Positions 35,297 to 46,122 of a DNA stretch of 64,000 nt are shown here, piece after piece. Location of the stretch: assembly GCA_963849325.1 (NCBI GenBank), contig CAWKHF010000012.1:1280001-1344000 (forward strand), written 5' to 3'. The position numbers and the translations under genes were made by a program. How positions within the stretch are numbered: position 1 is the first letter of the stretch; each line of letters starts with the position of its first letter. This DNA is from an uncultured Planctomycetota bacterium (lineage in GTDB: Bacteria > Planctomycetota > Planctomycetia > Gemmatales > Gemmataceae). The notes under the pieces were generated by a model, which searched no databases, was not told where the DNA came from, and was given only the letters and a program-made list of their open reading frames with translations.

Positions 35297-37551
35297 TCAG
35301 CCAATCACGACACGAGGCTGACGGGCGTGGTCCGGCTCGGCCTTGCGGATAAGGGCGTGGACCATCCACGGGACGTTGCCTCCGCCCAGGAGCAGGAAGT
35401 GCAGATTGGCGGCCAGCGGCGACTCCTCGGACCAGGCGAAATGCACCTCCGGCGGCCGACCGACCTCGCGGAACTCCAGGGCGATCGCCGCGACCACGTG
35501 CGCGATCGAAGCGCAGTGCGACACGCGAATCACCTCCATGCCGTTGTCCTTGACGATCCGCATGAGGGGCTGATGATGGAACTCGCTGGGGTCGTCCAGC
35601 TCCGCCTCGATAAAGATGATCGGCACGTCTGCTCCCAGGCGGTGGCGGGCGCGGATCTCGGCGTCCTTCTCGGCCAACGTCTGGTAGTCGGGACGGTGCG
35701 GCACCAGTACCTGAAATTCCAACCGCCGGATCGCTTCCCAGCGGATGCCCGACTCTTCATCGGCGAAGGTGAAGCCCTCGAAGCGCAGTTCGGTGCTGCG
35801 CGCCCAGCGCGAGATGCCCGCGGAGAGGAAAAGCACGGCGAGCAGGAGCACGGCGAGCACCAGGCCGCCGGGGTTCTTCCACATGGTCAGGCCGGTGAGG
35901 CTCAGGAAGACCAGGAGGATGAACGCCAACGGCGGGACCACCAGGTACAACCAGGCCGAGTGGCGCAGTCGAGCGGTCACGTCGATGACCGCCGCCAGGG
36001 CGGCGCTGGACAGCAGCACCAGGACACTGGTGGCGTAGGTCCACTGCTGATGCGACACGCTGGCCCGGAAGTAGACGAGGACGACGAGCATAATCAGGTT
36101 GAACAGGAACAAGATGGCGCCGACCCGCTGCGCCCAGTGCAGCTGCATGCCGTAGCGCGTCAGGTAGCCGGGCACCAGGTCGCGCAAACTGATGGTGATG
36201 CTGGCACCCGCCAGGCAGAGGATAAGGACGGTACTGACATCGTACAGCGTGCCGAAGGCAGGACCGAACCACGAATTGACTTCCTGTCCCTCCACCTTGA
36301 CTTCCCGGTTCTTCACCTTGCCGATCAGCGTCCCGCCATGGGCGATGTAGGCCAGCGCGCGATCGCGGGCCGGTCCTTCCTGGATCACCGTCTGCGTGAC
36401 CGTATCGGCCGCCGCCGGCAGATCATCGCCTTCCTCGGGGGCCATGCCGGGCTGGGCGTCCCACGATTCCTCCGCCGGCACCTCCACCTGGATGGCTTGC
36501 GGTTCGTGCAAGTACGCCTGGGGCACCAGCATGGTCGTGACGAACACGCTGCCGGCCAGGAACAGACTCATGATGACGGCGGCGGCCACCAGCACCAGGC
36601 GCAGAGCGCGAATGCGACTGCGGGGCTGGGCCGGATCCTCGCCGGGTCGGCCTCGGATCAGCGGAGCGCTGACCAGGCTCAGCTCCAACCCACCCAGGCC
36701 CAGGGCCAACTGCGGGAAGTTCAGCAGGGCCATGAACAGGTCGAAGATCAGCTCCTCGGGGCTGGCGCCGCGGCCGGCATAACGGATCAGGTCGGCCCAT
36801 TTCGACGTTAATTCCGGGTGCCGCGACAGGTAAACCAGGCTGCTGCCAATCACCACGCCGTTAACGCCGAGGAACAGCAGGACGACGAGGGCGGACAAAT
36901 ACATAAACGGCCGCGAGAAGCCGCGTAACAAGAAGGCGTACACCCCGAAGCTCAGGAGCAGCAGAAGGACGGTGACGATCAACTGGCCGTTCCACCGCTC
37001 GAAGAATGAATCGGCGGCCGAGCCTTGCAAGACGTTGGGTAGGGCGTGATGGACGCATCTCCTTGCCCGACCAGCCAATCCAGTCCGCTCTGCACGTGCG
37101 GGTTATGGATGAGATGCTTGGAGGCGTCGGCCGTGGACAGGGTACGAGTGACGAGGTAATCGGTGGCGATGAAGGCGAGCAGGACGAGGATGAGGAGCTT
37201 GCCGGTCCAGCCGCGGACATGCTTCTCCAGCAGGCCGGTGGCCCCGTGGCCGTGCGGTGAGCGGCCGGCGACGTAGAGATAGACCGGCAAGGCCGCCAAC
37301 AGCGTCAGCACGACCAAACCCAGGGCCGCGAACGGCGCGGAATCCCCGGCCTCGTACACGGCGATCGAGGGCAGATACGCCAGGGTGCTGAAATAATCCA
37401 GGCCGACCAAGCCCAGGACCAGCCACCAGCCGAAGGTGGGCAGACCACGGGCCGCCCCCGTAATCGGCGGACTCATCGTGCCGCCCTCCCCTCCCCCTGA
37501 GTGGGATGGTTCGCCTGAGGTCACGGGAGCGTCGATCGTCGGCTTGTCCAT
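35297..37551 (-). CDS. APC-superfamily / amino acid transporter-like membrane protein, frameshift near 37040
   Basis: GLDYFSTLAYLP, SPHGHG, many TM segments, RSTELRFEGF, W.EESPLAANLHF. Confidence 0.8.
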
Positions 37552-37741
37552 CGCAATCCCTTCGTCATGAGTGGGCCATCGCCCGCCGCCCTCAGCGCGC
37601 GCGGCTGTGAATGATGTAACCCCGCAGGCGGGCAATCGCCTCATGCTGGTCGTGAGCATACCAGCCGAAAAGGATGTTGCGAATGAAAAACCGCCTCGTT
37701 GCCTTGACGGCGCCATGCGGCGAGCGGGGGGCGTAAGCCCA

Positions 37742-37810
37742 TCGGAGCCGCGACCGTTAGGGAGCGGACGCCCGTGCCCGTCCCCCGCTCCCTAACGGTC
37801 GCGGCTCGGA
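37742..37810. repeat. REP-like palindrome, family A
   Basis: gagccgcgaccgttagggagcgg ... ccgctccctaacggtcgcggctc. Confidence 0.9.
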
Positions 37811-37914
37811 CGGGCTGAGAGGTTCGCGGAGGGGAAGAAAAATCCGGACAGGGACGAACGAGCCACCGGCGCCGCCTGTCGAGAGGGCGAAGCCGGCCGC
37901 CGGCGCAATGAGGA

Positions 37915-38133
37915 TTACTTGACAACGCCCTTGATCTTTTCCGCGGCGGCGTGGAGGACGCCCTCGACCTTCTCGACCGCCTCCTTCGCCAGCTCCTTGA
38001 CCTTTTGCGTCAGTCCTTGTTTCGGGGGAGGCGCGCTCTCGGACGCGGCCGCCCTCTGAAGCAGCCGGTTCTCCAGTCGTTTACGCCGCTTCATGCGGGC
38101 CGTGCGACGCGTACCGCCTCGATTGTATCCCAT
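37915..38133 (-). CDS. Small basic protein
   Basis: 72 aa MGYNRGGTRRTARMKRRKRLENR...; AAGGG RBS; upstream promoter-like motif. Confidence 0.65.
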   Translation of the reverse strand: MGYNRGGTRRTARMKRRKRLENRLLQRAAASESAPPPKQGLTQKVKELAKEAVEKVEGVLHAAAEKIKGVVK

Positions 38134-38202
38134 GATGAGATCCCTTTCCGTCGGAGCGGGATTGCCGAACTGCCTCCAGGCAGATCCGTACCCGCTTGGT
38201 GG

Positions 38203-38230
38203 ATTGTAGAGGCTTTCCGACGTCCGACAA
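38203..38230 (-). promoter_or_regulatory. Putative sigma70 promoter for the small basic protein
   Basis: Minus strand TTGTCG-16 nt-TACAAT. Confidence 0.45.
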
Positions 38231-38249
38231 GCGATCCCGACACGGCTGC

Positions 38250-41228
38250 TCAGGCGCGGTGATTCTCGGCAGGAGGCGAGGGCAGGACGCCGCCGTCCAG
38301 TTGTTCTTCCAGCACTTCCAGCGGGTGCAGCGCCCGCCGGCCGGCCAGGTCGTTGATCTGATGACGGCAGGACGTACCCGGCGCGACCACGACCGCTTCC
38401 GGCGTCTTCTCCAGCGCCGGCAGCAGGGCGAGGTTGGCGATGCTGGACGCTCAGGTCGTAATGCTCCTTCTCGAAGCCGAACGAGCCGGCCATGCCGCAG
38501 CAGCCGGTGTCGAGCACCGTCACGTCCAGTCCGCGGCACCAGCCGCAAGCGCCGCGGCCGTGCCGCCGGCGCCGACCAGCGCCTTCTGATGGCAGTGGCC
38601 GTGCAGCACGCACGTCTCCGGCCGCGGCCGCAGCGGCAGCTCGGCAGCGTCCGTCCTGGACCTGCTCGGCCAGCCAGCCGTCGGCCAGGTGGGCAGCGGC
38701 GGCGATGCGTCCGCGTCTGCGGCCCCGGCACCAGCTCCGTCCACTCGTCGGCCAGCGTCAGCAGGCAACTCGGCTCCAGGCCGAGGAGCGGCGTGCCGTC
38801 GGCCGACGCGCCGCGCCAGGGCCGGCGGCCTGCGCCTGAATCAACGCTCGCGGCTCGGTGCAGGAAGCCCTTGCTAATCATCGGCCGGCCGCAGCAGGCG
38901 AGGTCGGCCAGCTCGACGGCGTAGCCGGCCGCTTCGAGCACGCGCACCGCGGCCCGGCCGATGGCCGGCTCGTTGTAGGTCGTGAAGCAGTCGTCCAGCA
39001 GCAGCACCCGGCCGCGCGTGCCGGCCGCGGCGTCCGGCCTGTGCCGGGCGAACCAGCGGCGGAAGTGGTCGGCGTGCAGCGGCGGCAGACTGCGGCGCCG
39101 GTCGATGCCCGCCAGCTTCTCCAGCAGCCAGCGCAGCGAGCCGCCGCTTCTGCAGCCAGTTGACCAGCGGCGCGAACGGGGCGCCGAGGCGGTTGAGCCG
39201 GTGGATGCCGGCCATGAGCAGATGGCCGAGCGGCCGCGGCCGGCCCTGATAGTAGAGTTGCAGAAACTCCGCCTTGAGCTTGGCCACATCGACGTTGCTG
39301 GGACACTCCGCCTTGCACGCCTTGCACATCAGGCACAGGTCGAAGACGTCGTGGACCCATCGACTTGTCAGTTCGCGCAGCGGCTGCTCGCCCGGACAGC
39401 GCCAGGCGCAGGGCGTTGGCCCGGCCGCGCGTGCTGTCCTTCTCGTCGCGCGTGGCGCGGAACGACGGGCACATCGTCCCGCCCTGCGTCTTGCGGCAGG
39501 CGCCGTTGCCGTTGCACATCTCGACGGAGCGGACGAAGCCCTCCTGCTTGCCGTAGTCGAAGACCGTCGGCGGCTCGGCCGGCGCGATAGCCGGGGCCGT
39601 AGCGCAGGTTCTCGGTCATCGGCGGGGCGTCGACGATCTTGCCGGGGTTGAGCAGGCTGCTTGGGGTCGAACGCCTGCCTTGACTGCGGCAGAACGCCTG
39701 GTAGACCGCCGGGCCGAACATCTTCTCGTTCCACTCGCTGCGGGCCAGGCCGTCGCCGTGCTCGCCGCTGAGCGAGCCGCCATACTCCAGTACGAGGTCG
39801 GTCACGTCCTCGGTGATGCGGCGCATGCGGGCCACGTCGCCGGGGTCCTTGAGGTTCAAGCACCGGCCGGATGTGCAGGCAGCCGACGCTGGCGTGGCCG
39901 TAGAAGGCGCCGTCGGTGCCGTGACGGTGCAGCAGGTCGCGGAAGCGCGGCGACGAACTCCGGCAGCCGCTCCGGCGCGACGGCCGTGTCCTCGACGAAC
40001 GTGACCGGCTTGCGGTCGCCGGGCATGCCGTACAGCAGCGGCATCGCCGGCCTTGCGCAGGTCCCACAGCGGATCGCGCACGGCCGGGTCGAGCGCCGGC
40101 ACCGCCGCCGTCAGGCCGGCGACGCCCGCCAAGCCGGCGACGCAAGCTGCTCGACGCGGTCGGCCACCTCGCCGGCGTCGTCGCCGCTGAACTCGACCAT
40201 GAACACCGCTTGCGGCCGGCCGCTGGATGGCCTTCATCGTGTCGCGCAGCGCCAGGTTGCCGGCGGTCAGTTCGAGCAGCAGATGGTCCATCAATTCGAC
40301 CGCGGACGGCTGCAATTCCAGGCAGGCGGCCAGCGCGTCCATCGCCGCGCCGAGCGATGGCGAACTGCGGCACGAGCAGGCCGCGCGCCTTGCGGCCGCG
40401 GCACCAGCCCCAACTTCCGCCTCGGTGACGACGGCCAGCGTGCCCTCGCTGCCGACGAGCAGCTGGTGCAGCCCGACCGGCTGCCGGCCCTCGTTCAAGC
40501 CCGCCGACAAGGACGTCGAGGTTGTAGCCGCTGACGCGGCGCAGGATGCGCGGGAAGCGGCGCACGATCTCGTCGCGCTCGTCGCCGGACGATGGCGCGC
40601 ACTTGCCGGTAGATGCCGCCTTCCAGCGTGCGGCGCTCGGCCGCGGCGCTCCCACTCGGCGGCGTCGACGGGGCCGAACTCGACGCCCGGCTGCCGTCGG
40701 CGAGGACGACGTCGAGGCGGCGGACGTGGTCGATGGTCTTGCCGTAGACGATGGAGCGCGAGCCGGCCGAGTTGTTGCCGATCATGCCGCCGAGGTTGGC
40801 CCGGCTGGCGGTGGCCACGTCCGGCCCGAACTGCAGGTCGTGCGCGGCCAGGGCGCGGTTGAGCGCGTCGAGGACGACGCCGGGCTGGACGCGGGCCGAC
40901 GCGCGCCGCCGGATCGATGTCGAGGATGGCGTTGAGATACTTGCTGCAATCGAGGACGAGGCCGGGGCCGATCGACTGGCCGGACAGGCTGGTGCCGCCG
41001 CCGCGCGGCCGTGATCGGCACGTGCATCTCGGCCGGCGATCTGCACGGCGGCGACGATGTCCTCGGCGACTTTTCGGGATGACGACGCCGAGCGGCTCGA
41101 TCTGGTAGATGCTGGCGTCGGTGCTGTAGAGGCGGCGCGAGGTGGCGTCGAAGCGGACCTCGCCGGCCAGGTGCTTGCGCAGGTGGCGGGCGAGACTATC
41201 GCGCTGGAGGTCGGTGAAGTCGGGTCAT
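38250..41228 (-). CDS. FAD-linked oxidase with 4Fe-4S and CCG domains (YdiJ/GlcDF-like), many frameshifts
   Basis: YSTDASIYQIEP, ANLGGMIGNNSAG, GSEGTL, SGEHGDG, CNGNGAC, CLMCKACKAECP, CCGMAGSFGFEKEH. Confidence 0.9.
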
Positions 41229-41250
41229 GGTGATGCCGGCACGTACTCCG

Positions 41251-41466
41251 TCAGGGCGTTTGCAGTAGCTCTTGCCAGGTAGAAACGCGCAGCAAGCGTA
41301 CGCTCATGCGTTCCAGGCGTTCCAGATCGGTGATGCTCTCCACAGCGAGGCGGACATTCACGTCGGCCTCGCCGAATCGTTCGCGTCCCAGGAGGAGCAA
41401 CATCTTGTGCAGCGCCTTGGCCTCGCCTTGCTCGAGGATGTACAGATAGGTGTCCGATTCCGTCAT
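41251..41466 (-). CDS. Stand-alone paralog of the Rpn C-terminal tail (putative antitoxin), 71 aa
   Basis: GGAG RBS then ATG; 57/71 aa identical to the tail of the upstream gene, with many synonymous changes. Confidence 0.8.
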   Translation of the reverse strand: MTESDTYLYILEQGEAKALHKMLLLLGRERFGEADVNVRLAVESITDLERLERMSVRLLRVSTWQELLQTP

Positions 41467-41479
41467 GGCACGTACTCCG

Positions 41480-42329
41480 TCAGGGCGTTTGCAGCAGTTC
41501 TTGCCAGGTAGAAACCTCCTGCACTCGCTCAATCATACGTTCCAGGCGGCTCCAGATCGGTGATGCCCTCCACGGCGATACGGACATTCGCGTCGGCTTC
41601 GCCGAATCGTTTACGCCCCAGGAGGAGCAAAATCTTGTGTGCCTCCTTGGCTCCCCCTTGTTCGAGTATGTACAGATACGTATCCGATTCCATCATGGCA
41701 GCTACTCCGTGAAACAGGGGAATCAGGCGATCACGTGGCTGACGCAGGCCCGACAACACGAAAAACGCGGTCGCCAGCCTGGCCACTTCCGACGGCGGCG
41801 CTTCGGCCTGGATGCGCTGCAACAGACGATCAATCGCGCCGGGCAACGTCTCTTCCAACGTCGCCCCTTCGGGCAGCCGTCCCAGCGGAGCCAACGGCAG
41901 CGTTCCCAGGCCGCTTTGCAGCCAGACGGCGATGGGCACTTCCCAGACGCGGACAATCTCGAATCGAAACGTCAACTCGCCGCGTCCCGGACGGCCTGCG
42001 TAGTGAACCGTTCCCGTCAGGTCCGAGCGATCCGCTCGCGGATGAAGCAGGACCGCGATGCTGTGTACCGGCAAGCCGTACTGATGGTACAACAGGGTAT
42101 TATACATCAGCAAGCGCTGCGGCAGATGCGCGTCCGCGCCGCTCTGGAAATCGATGTGCAAGAGGCGAGCGCCGATCTGCAAGACGATGTCGGCGAACGC
42201 CGAGACCGTGGATAAGTCCGGCGTGAGCAGATGGATCGGTTCGGTCGGCGGCTCATCGAGGATGGTGAGCCAATCGGCCGGATGGTTCCGCACCAGATCC
42301 TTCAGGGTCGCATCAAAGCGCAGGGCCAT
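41480..42329 (-). CDS. Rpn-family / putative transposase-like PD-(D/E)XK nuclease; +1 error near 41549
   Basis: FDATLKDL, ADIVL..LLHIDFQS, RLLMYN, FEIVRVWE, LPLAPL, MESDTYLYILEQG tail; GGAGG RBS. Confidence 0.8.
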
Positions 42330-42427
42330 GCACGGTCCTCCAGGCGAGACGCCGCGGCGTCCGCCAACGACAGGATAGGATCGTCCGCGGTAATCGTCGA
42401 AGGGTTGGTCAGACGGAGGTGCGAGCG

Positions 42428-43299
42428 ATGACACTTGAGGAATCTTTCATCCAGGCCATCCGCGAAACCCCGGCCGACGACACGCCGCGCCTCATTTACG
42501 CCGACTGGCTGGAGGAGCATGGCCAGGCGGATCGCGCCGAGTTCATCCGTCTCCAGTGTCGGCTCGCTCGCACTTCGGACACAGGCTCGGAACGGTCTGT
42601 CCGGATGGGGCGCGCCGAGGAGCTGTTGCGCCGGCACTGGCAGGAGTGGGTTGGGCCTCTCCGCGCCATCGTCGGGCCGTGGCGCGATCGCTACGGCGAA
42701 AGCTGGATGGGCGAGGACTACCACCCGGATGCATTACGCTATCACTTCGGGCGCGGCTTCGTGTCTGCCCTTGCGCTGGACGCCGAAGACTTTCTGCGCC
42801 ATGCCCGCGACCTGAATCGTTTGACGCCCCTTTTCATGCTGACCTTATGGCGAGCGGGACGCTGTGCCCGCAGCCTGGCGAACACCCCGCAGCTGCACGG
42901 ATTATCCGGGCTGGCCTTCGCGGATTATTACGACGCCCCTCTGACGGCGGGCGACGCGGTGGCGCTGGCGTCTTCGCCCTACCTGGACGGCCTGTCCGTG
43001 TTGTATCTTGGGGGGAACTCGCTGGGTGATGAGGGGGTTGAGCGCCTGATGAAGGCACCGTGGCTTACGGGTCTGACGCACCTCGACCTGTCGGACAACG
43101 GTCTGTCCGATCGCGGGGCGCGGCGCTGGCCGAATCGCCCGGTTTGGTCAACGTGCAAACACTCCGGCTGCGGAGAAATTACTTCTCTCTCGCCGGGGTG
43201 GCCGTCCTGGCCGGCTCCCCAAGCCTTCGCCGCATCTCTCGCCTGGAGTACGATCCTCCCGGCGAGAACATCCCGACGCCAGGGAGGGCACACGCATGA
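42428..43299 (+). CDS. TIGR02996 repeat-companion domain + LRR protein, frameshift near 43125
   Basis: FIQAIRETPADDTPRLIYADWLEEHG...RAEFIRLQC; RGFV; L.L..N.L.D.G repeats. Confidence 0.88.
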
Positions 43300-44954
43300 A
43301 TCACGAACAAGCCTTTTTTCAAGCGATCCGCGACGAACCGGACGACGACACGCACCGGCTGATCTACGCCGACTGGTTGGAGGAGCAGGGGGGGGCCGCC
43401 CGCGCTGCGCGAGCCGCTTTCATTCGCGCCCAGTGCCGGCTCGCCGTCCTGCCGGCCGGCGACCCGGCTCGCGACCCCCTCGAAGACGAAGCGGCCGACC
43501 TGCTGGCCGAATATGAGGACGAATGGACGCAGCCGTTGCGCGGCATCGCCGAACAATGGCAGTTCGCTCGCGGCTTCGTCGAGAGCATCTCCCTCCGCGG
43601 CGAAAACTTCTTGACGCACGCCGAACGTCTCTTCGACTTCGCCCCCGTGCGGGCCGTCCACTTGCTGATCCATTTCCGCGACGTCCCCCATCTGGCCGCC
43701 TGTCCGAGTCTGCACTGGGTCGAGCAGTTGGATTTCCGCCGCTGTCATCTGCACGATCGCGCGCTGCAACAACTGCTGACCTCGCCCCATCTCGACAGGC
43801 TGACCGCGCTCCATCTTGCCGGCAACGGCATCACCACGGCGGGAGTGCAAGCACTGGTTCGCTCGCCCCTGCTGGGTCGCTTGCGCCATCTCGACCTCAG
43901 CCGCAACGCCGGTGTCGGCGACCGGGCCGTGCATCTACTGGCCGGGGCGCCGGCGGCGTCATCCTTGGAAGAATTGGGCCTGGCATCGACCAATGCTACC
44001 GCGACCGGACTGGAGGAACTGTTTCGCTCGCTCCATCTGCCTCGTCTGGTAAAGCTCGACATCTCCGGTAAACGCTTCGCCCTCGCGCAGCTGGCCTCGT
44101 GGATGAAAAAGCTGGCCGAGTCGAGGTTGCTGAGCCAACTCCGCAGCCTCGACCTGAGTGAGGCGATCGACCCCCTGGCGTTGCCCCTCCTGATCCTCTC
44201 TCCCGCCGTGGCGAACTTGCGCGAGCTGCACCTGCGCGGCATCGGCCTGGAGGGAGACGACGTGGCGCCGCTGGCGGAATCACCCTATCTGGAGGGCTTG
44301 AACGTCCTCGACCTGCGGAAGAACAATCTGAGGAGCGAGGGAGCGCGAGCGCTGGCCGGCTCGCCTCATCTGGTCGGTCTGATCTCCCTGGACATCAGCT
44401 CCAACAATATCCGTGACACGGGTGCCACGGCGATCGCGGAGTCTTCTTGCTTGAAAAGGCTGTCCGTGCTGGACCTCGCCCGCAACGGCATCGGCGGACC
44501 CGGACTGCAATCCCTGGCCGCCTCGGTGAATCTCGGCCATTTGCGGACGCTCAACCTCGCTGGCAACTTCATCGGCGGCGACAGCGTGCGTACCCTGGCC
44601 GAATCCTCTCACCTAGGCCGGCTGGTGTCCCTTGACCTCAGCGATGCCTATCTCGAAGAGGACAGCGGCCGCGCCCTGGCGTCGTCCGCGAACCTGCCGC
44701 GCCTCGCCACGCTTCGGTTACAGAAGAACCTCCTCGGCGACGGCGGCGCGAAGGCTCTGGCTCACTCGCCGCACCTGAAGCGCTTGACCATCCTGAACCT
44801 CAACGACAATCGCATCGGCAAGGCCGGCGCCGAGGCGCTGTCTACCGCGCCGTTGTGGCGGCACCTGCGGGAACTCGACCTGCGCGGCAACGTCTTCACC
44901 GATACGCAGGAAGCGCTGCTGCGCAGCCGGTTCGGCGCGGCCGTGCTGCTGTGA
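43296..44954 (+). CDS. TIGR02996 domain + long LRR protein
   Basis: FFQAIRDEPDDDTHRLIYADWLEEQG; more than 10 LRRs of the SPHL..L..LDL..N.I...GA.ALA type. Confidence 0.92.
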   Translation: MNHEQAFFQAIRDEPDDDTHRLIYADWLEEQGGAARAARAAFIRAQCRLAVLPAGDPARDPLEDEAADLLAEYEDEWTQPLRGIAEQWQFARGFVESISLRGENFLTHAERLFDFAPVRAVHLLIHFRDVPHLAACPSLHWVEQLDFRRCHLHDRALQQLLTSPHLDRLTALHLAGNGITTAGVQALVRSPLLGRLRHLDLSRNAGVGDRAVHLLAGAPAASSLEELGLASTNATATGLEELFRSLHLPRLVKLDISGKRFALAQLASWMKKLAESRLLSQLRSLDLSEAIDPLALPLLILSPAVANLRELHLRGIGLEGDDVAPLAESPYLEGLNVLDLRKNNLRSEGARALAGSPHLVGLISLDISSNNIRDTGATAIAESSCLKRLSVLDLARNGIGGPGLQSLAASVNLGHLRTLNLAGNFIGGDSVRTLAESSHLGRLVSLDLSDAYLEEDSGRALASSANLPRLATLRLQKNLLGDGGAKALAHSPHLKRLTILNLNDNRIGKAGAEALSTAPLWRHLRELDLRGNVFTDTQEALLRSRFGAAVLL

Positions 44955-45039
44955 GCGCTCATCCAGGCTGGTCAGGAGCGCACGGCGGAACCTTACAATG
45001 GGTGACGTGTTGCTTGCCCCGGATCAGGGATGCGGACGG

Positions 45040-45876
45040 ATGACTCGATCCCACGCCGATGCGTTTCTGGAAGCGATCCTGCAAAATCCCGACGACGATA
45101 CGCCGCGCCTGGTTTACACCGACTGGCTGGAAGAGCAGGGCGATGCTGACAGCGTCGCTCGCGCGGAGTTCATCCGCATTCAGTGCGCCCTAGCCAGCGG
45201 ACACTTCCCGCCGCGACGGCGAACGGAAATGAATAGACGCCAGCAGCAGATCCTTCATGAGCGGGGCAAGGAGTGGGCACACCCCCTCCGCCGGCTGGTG
45301 AAAGGCTGGGAATTCCATCGCGGTTTCATCGATGAAGTCGCCATAAGGGGCGATACGTTTTTCGCTCATGCGGATCGACTCTTTCGCCGCGCCCCCATCC
45401 AGCACCTGCGTTTCTGGCCTCGTCTGCGGCCCTATTCTTCCGGCTCGGTAATCAACATTCCCTTCAGCGAGCCAATCAACACGGCGGTGTTGGCGGACAA
45501 TGAACATCTCCGCCGCCTGCGTTCCCTCGACCTCAGCTGGCACAACCTGGAAAGCCGACACCTACGCGCTTTGATCGTATCGACGCACCTGACCGGCCTC
45601 ACCTCGCTGACCCTGGCGTATAACCGCATCGGCGACAGCGGCATCCGGGCGCTGGCCGAAGCTCCGCTGCTGGCGCAGTTGAGGCAACTGAACCTCTATC
45701 GCAATGACATCAGCACTGGCGGCGTGCGTGCGCTCGCTCAATCTCTGGAAAGACTGGCTCGCACTTCCGAAGGGTTACGCCTGCGAATACTCGATGTGCG
45801 CGGCAACCCTATCAGCGCTGCCGGTCGTCACCTTCTGGGCGATTCGCCGCTGTTGCAGCGTGTGGCCTGCTGGTAG
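45040..45876 (+). CDS. TIGR02996 domain + LRR protein
   Basis: FLEAILQNPDDDTPRLVYTDWLEEQG...RAEFIRIQC; FHRGFI; LRRs. Confidence 0.9.
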   Translation: MTRSHADAFLEAILQNPDDDTPRLVYTDWLEEQGDADSVARAEFIRIQCALASGHFPPRRRTEMNRRQQQILHERGKEWAHPLRRLVKGWEFHRGFIDEVAIRGDTFFAHADRLFRRAPIQHLRFWPRLRPYSSGSVINIPFSEPINTAVLADNEHLRRLRSLDLSWHNLESRHLRALIVSTHLTGLTSLTLAYNRIGDSGIRALAEAPLLAQLRQLNLYRNDISTGGVRALAQSLERLARTSEGLRLRILDVRGNPISAAGRHLLGDSPLLQRVACW

Positions 45877-46122
45877 CACGACATCAATCCGGCGGCAAAT
45901 CCTGACGGGTCGAATCCTCGTCGGTCAACCGCACGGCCAGTTTGCCTGCCGACGCCGACAGTTACCCCCTTTCCCGCAGTCGTGTACATGCCACTGTCGG
46001 GCATCGTCCCGGAACGCTGTTTGACAGCGAACCCGTGACCCGCCCTCCTCATCCTGCTAAGAAGAGAGGAATGAGCCACCCCGGATCGGGCGTCGCCCCC
46101 AGCAGTGAGGAACTTGCTCGCC

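Noticed and set aside
20125-36811. Long antisense ORFs (e.g. 20125..21369, 23543..24853, 35177..36811)
   Set aside because: Shadow frames of well-supported genes in a high-GC genome
41251-41710. Diversity-generating retroelement template/variable repeat pair
   Set aside because: Differences between the copies are not adenine-specific, many are synonymous, and there is no reverse transcriptase in the window
45876-46120. Riboswitch or T-box upstream of the metG-like gene
   Set aside because: Some pairing potential (ggcaaa/tttgcc) but no recognisable SAM, T-box or c-di-GMP consensus
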